Of a stretch of DNA of 64,000 bases, positions 1-9,438 are shown piece after piece. A program made the position numbers and the translations under genes. How positions within the stretch are numbered: the first letter of the stretch is position 1; each line of letters opens with the position of its first letter. Source of the DNA: Octopus sinensis (taxonomy: Eukaryota); the NCBI RefSeq assembly GCF_006345805.1, contig NC_043020.1:25854001-25918000 (forward strand), read 5' to 3'. The notes beneath the pieces are model-generated. The model worked only from the letters and a program-made list of their open reading frames with translations, was not told the DNA's origin and searched no databases.

Positions 1-714
1 TCGTTTCAAATTTGACTTTCTGTGTTGTTTTTTTTTTTTCTTGTTTTCGCAATTTTATAACCAAATAATGAAACGCATTCCTAATTTATTTAGTGACGTT
101 TCTTCATATTTTTCTGCCTGGGTCCTTAAAAGTGAAACAGGAAGACATCTTCTTCCTCTTCTCGTAAAGAAGTACAACCTTCCTCACTCCGCAACCTCCA
201 TAATAAAAAAGCGAATAAATATTCAAAAAACATTCAGAAATATTTGTCGCAATGGTTTCTTCATAACAAACTAATTGTTTTCCACTGAGTTATATCATCG
301 TTGCTATTGTTGCATTTCTCGCTATGTTTGATGATAATGCAAGCGTAACCGTTCTAGATGTTGGTATTGTTTTGCAGATTAACGCGTGATCTATCACACG
401 TGACTCGGTATTCCAACAGTAGTACCCATGCAATCCCTTTCCCATGTGGAGGGAGGTCATTGACCACAATATCACTTTATCCAGTATATTATTTTATTAA
501 ACATCAGAGAACGATTTGAGGGACATGCGCATGCCATTATATACAGCTCGGCAGACTTTACATTATTCACTTGGCTGATTGGAACTTTGCAGTTCAATAT
601 CTGATATTTGTCGTTTTACTTGAAGATGACACTGAATATTGCATAGATGCTCTTTTGGCTTTCGTTGGTGTTGTGGGCAAAATTTAAGTCAGGGACCAGG
701 TTTAGAGCTATATT

Positions 715-759
715 TAAGCGGATTTCATAGACGGAAACTGAAAGATGCTTATATTAAAG

Positions 760-812
<53 letters not shown>

Positions 813-1042
813 CGTGTGTGTGCGCACCTGTGATTGTCTTCCAGTACTGCTAAACAAGTGGTGTGTGCGTATTTACGTTACCATAATGTAGCGGTTTGGC
901 AGACACATATCGATATAATAAGTATCTGGTTGAAAAGAAAGATAGATACTGGGGCTGATACATTGGACTAAAACATTTTTCAAGGCGGTGCCCCAGCATG
1001 GACGGTGTTTAAATAGTAAAACAAGTAAAAATAAAGAAAAAG
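715..1042 (+). mobile_element. tRNA-derived SINE family A, diverged headless copy with internal (GT)n
   Basis: gacggaaactgaaaga-(GT)n-...ggcggtgccccagcatgg...aaacaagtaaaa matches the full copies at 17073 and 26564. Confidence 0.75.
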
Positions 1043-1044
1043 AT

Positions 1045-1104
1045 ACATTCATACATAAATACATACATATGTATATGTATACAAATACATATATATATAT
1101 AAAA

Positions 1105-1200
<96 letters not shown>

Positions 1201-1233
1201 TATATATTATATATATATATATTTATCAATATA
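1045..1233. repeat. (AT)n microsatellite, left flank of the ribozyme array
   Basis: direct reading. Confidence 0.95.
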
Positions 1234-1343
1234 GCGCGAGTGCGACGATTTGGCGCGAGTGCGACGATTTGAAAATTTTAGGTCAGATATTGACTTGGCA
1301 AGATTGGGTATGCCTCGTGTAAATATCTGTTCCGACTTGAGCT

Positions 1344-1450
1344 ATTTCTTGCTGAAGAATCCGAGGGCTTATGGAAGATTGGCTTGATTTAATTTAATCA
1401 GGTTAGTTTACCATTAAACAGCGGATGAAACGGTATACCGTACAAGAAAT
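1344..1450 (+). ncRNA. Type I hammerhead ribozyme 1 (long stem II); predicted cleavage after 1442
   Basis: ATTTCTTG-CTGAAGA-ATCCG-[58 nt]-CGGAT-GAAA-CGG-TATA-CC-GTA/CAAGAAAT; stem I 8 bp, stem II base 5 bp, stem III 4 bp. Confidence 0.88.
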
Positions 1451-1842
1451 TACAGGGTAAATGTTTTTTTAATTTTCTCCTGTTTACGGAATTAATCTTA
1501 TTTGCGGTAAGAGCTTTAGAAGCTTTGGCTGTTATTTCTAGTGGGTGAATGGCCTATTATGGCCGTTCCTTAATTGTTAATGTTGAACTTAAAAATGGTC
1601 TATGACTATTTAATTTTTTCCCACTGGGCCGCTGGTGGCAATAAAATTCTACAAAATTTTCCTTGCCACCCTATATTGATTAATTATGAATTTTTTGGTT
1701 AGTTCCGTAATGGAATCGGCGGCTGATATTTATTTGCTGCCGATAAATTTGGCGCGAGTGCGACGATTTGAAAATTTTAGGTCAGATATTGACTTGGCAA
1801 GATTGGGTATGCCTCGTGTAAATATCTGTTCCGACTTGAGCT

Positions 1843-1948
1843 ATTTCTTGCTGAAGAATCCGAGGGCTTATGGAAGATTGGCTTGATTTAATTAATCAGG
1901 TTAGTTTACCATTAAACAGCGGATGAAACGGTATACCGTACAAGAAAT
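1843..1948 (+). ncRNA. Type I hammerhead ribozyme 2; predicted cleavage after 1940
   Basis: same motif as copy 1, 1-nt deletion in the apical loop of stem II. Confidence 0.87.
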
Positions 1949-2329
1949 TACAGGGTAAATGTTTTTTTAATTTTCTCCTGTTTACGGAATTAATCTTTAT
2001 TTGCGGTAGAAGCTTGGCTGTTATTTCTAGTGGGTGAATGGCCTATTATGGCCGTTCCTTAATTGTTAATGTTGAACTTAAAAATGGTCTATGACTATTT
2101 AATTTTTTCCACTGGGCCGCTGGTGGCAATAAAATTCTACAAAATTTTCCTTGCCACCCTATATTGATTAATTATGAATTTTTGGTTAGTTCCGTAATGG
2201 AATCGACGGCTGATATTTATTTGCTGCCGATAAATTTGGCGCGAGTGCGACGATTTGAAAATTTTAGGTCAGATATTGACTTGGCAAGATTGGGTATGCC
2301 TCGTGTAAATATCTGTTCCGACTTGAGCT

Positions 2330-2436
2330 ATTTCTTGCTGAAGAATCCGAGGGCTTATGGAAGATTGGCTTGATTTAATTTAATCAGGTTAGTTTACCAT
2401 TAAACAGCGGATGAAACGGTATACCGTACAAGAAAT
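2330..2436 (+). ncRNA. Type I hammerhead ribozyme 3; predicted cleavage after 2428
   Basis: same motif as copy 1. Confidence 0.87.
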
Positions 2437-2820
2437 TACAGGGTAAATGTTTTTTTAATTTTCTCCTGTTTACGGAATTAATCTTTATTTGCGGTAGAAG
2501 CTTTGGCTGTTATTTCTAGTGGGTGAATGGCCTATTATGGCCGTTCCTTAATTGTTAATGTTGAACTTAAAAATGGTCTATGACTATTTAATTTTTTCCC
2601 ACTGGGCCGCTGGTGGCAATAAAATTCTACAAAATTTTCCTTGCCACCCTATATTGATTAATTATGAATCTTTTGGTTAGTTCCGTAATGGAATCGACGG
2701 CTGATATTTATTTGCTGCCGATAAATTTGGCGCGAGTGCGACGATTTGAAAATTTTAGGTCAGATATTGACTTGGCAAGATTGGGTATGCCTCGTGTAAA
2801 TATCTGTTCCGACTTGAGCT

Positions 2821-2927
2821 ATTTCTTGCTGAAGAATCCGAGGGCTTATGGAAGATTGGCTTGATTTAACTTAATCAGGTTAGTTTACCATTAAACAGCG
2901 GATGAAACGGTATACCGTACAAGAAAT
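2821..2927 (+). ncRNA. Type I hammerhead ribozyme 4; predicted cleavage after 2919
   Basis: same motif, one T>C in the apical loop of stem II. Confidence 0.87.
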
Positions 2928-3310
2928 TACAGGGTAAATGTTTTTTTAATTTTCTCCTGTTTACGGAATTAATCTTTATTGCGGTAGAAGCTTTGGCTGT
3001 TATTTCTAGTGGGTGAATGGCCTATTATGGCCGTTCCTTAATTGTTAATGTTGAACTTAAAAATGGTCTATGACTATTTAATTTTTTCCCACTGGGCCGC
3101 TGGTGGCAATAAAATTCTACAAAATTTTCCTTGCCACCCTATATTGATTAATTATGAATTTTTTGGTTAGTTCCGTAATGGAATCGGCGGCTGATATTTA
3201 TTTGCTGCCGATAAATTTGGCGCGAGTGCGACGATTTGAAAATTTTAGGTCAGATATTGACTTGGCAAGATTGGGTATGCCTCGTGTAAATATCTGTTCC
3301 GACTTGAGCT

Positions 3311-3417
3311 ATTTCTTGCTGAAGAATCCGAGGGCTTATGGAAGATTGGCTTGATTTAATTTAATCAGGTTAGTTTACCATTAAACAGCGGATGAAACGG
3401 TATACCGTACAAGAAAT
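3311..3417 (+). ncRNA. Type I hammerhead ribozyme 5; predicted cleavage after 3409
   Basis: same motif as copy 1. Confidence 0.87.
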
Positions 3418-3801
3418 TACAGGGTAAATGTTTTTTTAATTTTCTCCTGTTTACGGAATTAATCTTTATTTGCGGTAGAAGCTTTGGCTGTTATTTCTAG
3501 TGGGTGAATGGCCTATTATGGCCGTTCCTTAATTGTTAATGTTGAACTTAAAAATGGTCTATGACTATTTAATTTTTTCCCACTGGGCCGCTGGTGGCAA
3601 TAAAATTCTACAAAATTTTCCTTGCCACCCTATATTGATTAATTATGAATTTTTTGGTTAGTTCCGTAATGGAATCGGCGGCTGATATTTATTTGCTGCC
3701 GATAAATTTGGCGCGAGTGCGACGATTTGAAAATTTTAGGTCAGATATTGACTTGGCAAGATTGGGTATGCCTCGTGTAAATATCTGTTCCGACTTGAGC
3801 T

Positions 3802-3908
3802 ATTTCTTGCTGAAGAATCCGAGGGCTTATGGAAGATTGGCTTGATTTAATTTAATCAGGTTAGTTTACCATTAAACAGCGGATGAAACGGTATACCGTA
3901 CAAGAAAT
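3802..3908 (+). ncRNA. Type I hammerhead ribozyme 6; predicted cleavage after 3900
   Basis: same motif as copy 1. Confidence 0.87.
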
Positions 3909-4289
3909 TACAGGGTAAATGTTTTTTTAATTTTCTCCTGTTTACGGAATTAATCTTTATTTGCGTAGAAGCTTGGCTGTTATTTCTAGTGGGTGAATGG
4001 CCTATTATGGCCGTTCCTTAATTGTTAATGTTGAACTTAAAAATGGTCTATGACTATTTAATTTTTTCCCACTGGGCCGCTGGTGGCAATAAAATTCTAC
4101 AAAATTTTCCTTGCCACCCTATATTGATTAATTATGAATCTTTTGGTTAGTTCCGTAATGGAATCGACGGCTGATATTATTTGCTGCCGATAAATTTGGC
4201 GCGAGTGCGACGATTTGAAAATTTTAGGTCAGATATTGACTTGGCAAGATTGGGTATGCCTCGTGTAAATATCTGTTCCGACTTGAGCT

Positions 4290-4396
4290 ATTTCTTGCTG
4301 AAGAATCCGAGGGCTTATGGAAGATTGGCTTGATTTAATTTAATCAGGTTAGTTTACCATTAAACAGCGGATGAAACGGTATACCGTACAAGAAAT
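4290..4396 (+). ncRNA. Type I hammerhead ribozyme 7; predicted cleavage after 4388
   Basis: same motif as copy 1. Confidence 0.87.
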
Positions 4397-4780
4397 TACA
4401 GGGTAAATGTTTTTTTAATTTTCTCCTGTTTACGGAATTAATCTTTATTTGCGGTAGAAGCTTTGGCTGTTATTTCTAGTGGGTGAATGGCCTATTATGG
4501 CCGTTCCTTAATTGTTAATGTTGAACTTAAAAATGGTCTATGACTATTTAATTTTTTCCCACTGGGCCGCTGGTGGCAATAAAATTCTACAAAATTTTCC
4601 TTGCCACCCTATATTGATTAATTATGAATTTTTTGGTTAGTTCCGTAATGGAATCGACGGCTGATATTTATTTGCTGCCGATAAATTTGGCGCGAGTGCG
4701 ACGATTTGAAAATTTTAGGTCAGATATTGACTTGGCAAGATTGGGTATGCCTCGTGTAAATATCTGTTCCGACTTGAGCT

Positions 4781-4887
4781 ATTTCTTGCTGAAGAATCCG
4801 AGGGCTTATGGAAGATTGGCTTGATTTAATTTAATCAGGTTAGTTTACCATTAAACAGCGGATGAAACGGTATACCGTACAAGAAAT
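4781..4887 (+). ncRNA. Type I hammerhead ribozyme 8; predicted cleavage after 4879
   Basis: same motif as copy 1, in the last partial unit. Confidence 0.87.
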
Positions 4888-5004
4888 TACAGGGTAAATG
4901 TTTTTTTAATTTTCTCCTGTTTACGGAATTAATCTTTATTTGCGGTAGAAGATTTGGCTGTTATTTCTAGTGGGTGAATGGCCTATTATGGCCGTTCCTT
5001 AATG

Positions 5005-5009
<5 letters not shown>

Positions 5010-5099
<90 letters not shown>

Positions 5100-5139
5100 A
5101 TATATATATATATATATATAAATATATTATATATATATA

Positions 5140-5184
<45 letters not shown>

Positions 5185-5200
5185 ATATATATATTATATA

Positions 5201-5237
<37 letters not shown>

Positions 5238-5252
5238 GTGTGTGTGTGTACA
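5010..5252. repeat. (AT)n/(GT)n microsatellite, right flank of the array
   Basis: direct reading. Confidence 0.95.
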
Positions 5253-5317
5253 CATAAAATTAACAGGATGAGACAAAAATCCCGGACTGTGAAAGATTTC
5301 AGAACATTTTTAAAAAG

Positions 5318-5365
5318 GTCTTACAGCTGTTTCCGGGATATTTTATATATCCCTTCATCGGAGAC
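5318..5365 (-). ncRNA. Minimal Penelope-type type I hammerhead, slightly degenerate
   Basis: minus strand GTCT-CCGATGA-A-GGGATAT-ATAAA-ATATCCC-G-GAAAC-AGCT-GTA/AGAC; U4C change and A.G mismatch at the base of stem II. Confidence 0.65.
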
Positions 5366-5670
5366 GGTGTGAGAAAATGTTATGTTATAGAAGATATGAA
5401 ATAGAGAGTGAAGTGGAGGAATGAAAACAGATGATGGTTTTTTATCAAGTATTTAGCATGCTATAACAATTTATGGGCAATTATTTCATTACATTAATAA
5501 TAATATACATATGTATATAATTATATAAAGGGAGCTGGGGCGAAAACTATACAACTCCAGCATGGTCCAAGTGCCGTTACCTTCAAGTATGTTGGATATA
5601 AGTCATTTTCACCTTTGGTCCCTTTATATCAATATATATAAATGTATAGTATTATTAATTATATATATAT

Positions 5671-5908
5671 AATGGGGTGGATGCAGATGTCTTTAAAATG
5701 AAACTGGATCTCTTCTTGTCAGGTATCCCAGATGAACCAACTTCACGGCAGGAGGTGCAGATGAGGGCAGCTGCATCGAACTCTCTCATGCACCAAAGGC
5801 AATTGCTAAAAAGCATTCGTGAAGTAAAATCATGTAGCAACACCAAATGGCGGTGCCCCAGCATGGCCACAGCTTGTGAGCTGAAACTAGATAAATAAAT
5901 AAATAAAT
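5671..5908 (+). mobile_element. 3' end of a CR1/L2-like LINE (ORF2 C-terminus, 3' UTR hairpin, (TAAA)n tail)
   Basis: FKMKLDLFLSGIPDEP...RAAASNSL resembles a CR1/L2-group ORF2 C-terminus; 3' UTR resembles the SINE A tail. Confidence 0.7.
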
Positions 5909-6029
5909 ATATATATATATATATGTATATATATGTATATATACAGACAGAGAGAAGGTAAGGGAGGTGTGCATTTATATATATGCATACGAATATAATT
6001 ATACCAAAATATATTGATATATCTGTGTG

Positions 6030-6061
<32 letters not shown>

Positions 6062-6374
6062 ACTATATATTTATTTGCCCGGCATTTGAAGTGTGAATAT
6101 AATTTTTATTTGCAAATAAACACGGAAAACACATTCCTTGATCATTTAAGTAAAATTTCCATCTTTAATGATCCGAAACTGAAAGAATGGAAAAGAGAAA
6201 AGTCTTCAGAAACTGTAATATCGTACTTTCAAGTGAAATCAAACATATATTATTACAAATAAAATGCAAATTATATATAATTATATACACCGCAATTCAG
6301 TGCAACTCTAAAACAATCGGTTATGACCAATCAGCTTTTAACTAAGATTCATTGCTTTAAAATGTTTAAATATC

Positions 6375-6414
6375 TCCCCCCTTTCTCGTTCCTTCTCTCT
6401 GTCTCTTTCTTTTT

Positions 6415-6448
<34 letters not shown>

Positions 6449-6645
6449 ATCTCTGTCTTATTCTCTTTCTTTCTCTCTCTATCTCTCTCTTTCTGTCTCA
6501 TTCTTTTTCCTTCTCTCTGTCTCTCTATCTCACTTAATCTATGTATCATTCTCTTTCTTTCTCTCTCTCTTTCTGTCTCATTCTCTTTCCTTCTCTCTCT
6601 CTCTCTCTCTGTCTCATTCCCTTTCTTTCTCGCTGTCTCTCTCTC
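6375..6645. repeat. (CT)n-rich microsatellite
   Basis: direct reading. Confidence 0.9.
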
Positions 6646-6671
6646 ATTATGTATTTATATGGTTCTATTCT

Positions 6672-7200
6672 CCTATTATTTTACTGGTTTCAGTGTTTGG
6701 ACTGCGGCCATGCTGGGGCACAGCCCTTAAGGGTTTTATTTGAATGAATCGACCGATGTCCTTAGTTTTTACGCCTGGTATATATTCTATCGTTTGTATT
6801 TGCCGAACGGTTAGGTTACGGTGACGTAATCAAACCAACTCCGGTTGTCGAGGGGTAGTAGGAGACAAACACAAATACTAAGATACACACACACACACAC
6901 AAACACACACATAAACACACACGCAAACACACACACACACACACACACACATGCTTACACACAACAACACACACATACACACGCATAACAATTCTGTTTG
7001 TCCGCCACTGCCATTCGACGACATGAGTGCGCTAGTTTACGTTACGGGCTTCTTTCAGTTTACCTGTAGACAATCCTCAGACAAGGTTTTTGGCCTTCCC
7101 AGGGCTATAGCAGAAGACACTTGCTAAAGGTGCATGCAGTGGGACTGAACCCGGGAACATTTGTTTTTGAAGCAATTTTCTTACCACACTATCTGCGCAT
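6672..7200 (-). mobile_element. SINE family A, near full length with internal (CA)n
   Basis: reverse complement of tail (ttttactggtttcagtg...gcggccatgctgg) and head (gggactgaaccc...cttaccacac). Confidence 0.8.
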
Positions 7201-7314
7201 ATAAATGTATGCGAGCGTGGGAATATATGTATGTGCGTGCGTGTGTTTGCGTATATGTGTGTTTGTGTGTGAGTAATTTTTTGTCGAATTTTTTGATGAT
7301 ACAGCAATAAAATT

Positions 7315-7338
7315 TCATATATCTATCTTTCTATCTAT

Positions 7339-7405
<67 letters not shown>

Positions 7406-7419
7406 CCATCTATCTATCT

Positions 7420-7469
<50 letters not shown>

Positions 7470-7522
7470 CAGATATATATAAATGTGTATATATATACAT
7501 AAGTATATAAATGTTTATATAT

Positions 7523-7553
<31 letters not shown>

Positions 7554-7568
7554 CATACATATACATAA

Positions 7569-7599
<31 letters not shown>

Positions 7600-7762
7600 C
7601 ATATATATACATATATATATATATACATGCATATATATACATATATATATATATAGATATATGCATATATATATATGTACGCAAGTATGTATGGATGTAA
7701 ATATATATGTATGTATGTTGTATGTATGTATGTATGTATGTATGTATGTATGTATGTATGTA

Positions 7763-7814
<52 letters not shown>

Positions 7815-7830
7815 TATATATATATATATA
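7315..7830. repeat. (ATCT)n, (AT)n and (ATGT)n compound microsatellite
   Basis: direct reading. Confidence 0.95.
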
Positions 7831-8428
7831 TTCCATTTAAATAGGTTCAGACGTAGAAGTAGAGTGCTTGTTTTCTCTCTATGGTGAAGCTTACCATAGC
7901 TAACAGATAACTTGAATACGATTAATAATGTGTATGTACCCATGCATGCAAAAAAAAAACCTAAATCTTTAAATTTCCGTATTGGATGCCAGTGCATTCG
8001 TACTAAACGGATATATTGCAACGCTTCTAGTCGCTCTCAATGTGCCGGATATAATGAGCAAGGCGCCAGCCGATGCTTCTTCGTTGTAGTAAGGTTGTGG
8101 TATAGCATAGCGATAAGGAATCTGATTTGGAGTGTGTAAGCTCTAGAATAAGAGCGACCAATGAGGTGATTCTTCAGTCGAATTGTGATTCATTTTTTAC
8201 GCTATATTACTATATTCGTTCAGAGCATAAAGTGTAAAATAATGAGTCTGCATACTTAACTATGTATATGTGTGTGTGTGTATGTGTTGTGTGTGTGTGT
8301 GTGTGTTTTAGTGGCGTGTGTGTGTTTGTGAGTGTATAAGATGTAAGTATGTATATTGTATATAACCGTGAACACATTTATCAAATCTTAGAATATAAAC
8401 ACACATTTATTCATATACACACACAGAC

Positions 8429-8468
<40 letters not shown>

Positions 8469-8483
8469 ACACACACACATATA

Positions 8484-8623
8484 TTTTACTCTTTTACTTG
8501 TTTCAGTCATTTGACTGCGGCCATGCTGGAGCACCGCCTTTTAATCGAGCAACTCTACCCCGGGACTTATTCTTTTTGTAAGCCCAGTACTTATTCTATC
8601 GGTCTCTTTTGCCGAACCGCTAG
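8484..8623 (-). mobile_element. SINE family A 3' fragment
   Basis: ttttacttgtttcagtcatttgactgcggccatgctggagcaccgcc. Confidence 0.85.
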
Positions 8624-9059
8624 CTAATATATATATATATATATATATATAAATATTTGATTTTATTTGTGTGTATCTGCGATTGAACGTGTGTGTAGTT
8701 GGTATATTTTCAGTTACTGTGTGTATAGACATAACGACATGCATACATATTCATTCATGCATACATATTTTCATACATACGCACACAGGCATATGTAGAG
8801 ATACACATACATGCACACAATACATACACACATACATATACACACATATAGACATACATATGTACACAGGCACATGTCCATATATTTTTATGGTGTATAT
8901 TTGTGTATTATGCCTCTCTCACTTTTTCTCTCACTCCCCCTCTCTCTCTATCTCTCTCCATCTCTTTCTCTTTCTCTCTCTCTCTCTCCTTCTCTCTCTC
9001 CTCTCTCTCCCTCCCTCTCTCTGTACGTGCAACATGCACGTCTACTTCTATGCAAAGGT

Positions 9060-9438
9060 ATACTCTTTCTTCTTTTACTTGTTTCAGTCATTTGACTGTG
9101 GCCATGCTGGAGCACCGCCTTTAGTCGAGCAAATCGACCCCAGAACTTATTCTTTTGAAGCCTAGTATTTTTTTCTATTGGTCTCTTTTGCCGACCCGCT
9201 AAGTTACGGGGACGTAAACACGCCACCACCGGTTGTCAAGCAATGTAGAGGGGACAAACACAGACACACATACATGTATATCTATACATATATACGACGG
9301 GCTTCTTTCAGTTTCCGTCTAACAAATCCATTCACAATGCTTTGGTCGGTCCGAGGCTATTGTAGAAGACACTTGCCCAAGGTGCCACGCAGTGGGAATG
9401 AACCCAGAACCATGTGGTTCGTAAGCAAGCTACTTACT
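9060..9438 (-). mobile_element. SINE family A, near full length
   Basis: tail, body and B-box region all present in reverse. Confidence 0.85.

Larger units (their letters stand above)
1234..5009 (+). mobile_element. Tandem array of ~490-bp units (about 7.7 copies), each carrying a type I hammerhead ribozyme; candidate non-LTR retrozyme
   Basis: ggcgcgagtgcgacg recurs at 1252, 1751, 2238, 2729, 3219, 3710, 4198, 4689; HHR core and stems I-III are present 8 times; (TA)n on both sides. Confidence 0.88.

Noticed and set aside
1300-1335. HDV-like ribozyme around the conserved atgcctcgtgta
   Set aside because: The L3-like CCTCG is present, but the P1.1 GG and the J4/2 catalytic strand cannot be placed.
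1626-1642. ccgctggtggcaa as a twister-sister core or CTCF site
   Set aside because: The twister-sister partner strand is absent, the CTCF match has 2-3 mismatches, and the bases are explained by covarying hairpins.
1686-1886. 66-aa ORF repeated in each array unit (MNFLVSSVMES...)
   Set aside because: No recognisable domain; it is lost by a 1-bp indel in one unit; the diverged relative has a stop three codons after the equivalent ATG. Conservation follows RNA pairing, not codons.
1234-5009. Array as CRISPR, rDNA/5S, histone or snRNA repeat
   Set aside because: No repeat-spacer structure or cas genes, and no 5S, tRNA or snRNA sequence. GGCCTATTATGGCC is shorter than and differs from the histone stem-loop, and the Sm-like AATTTTTTGG is not conserved in the relative.
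1234-5009. Second (antisense) ribozyme, as in viroid-like ambisense circles
   Set aside because: No TC-N-TCAG or TC-N-TCGG paired with TTTC in HHR geometry on the minus strand by eye. Other ribozyme classes were not excluded computationally.
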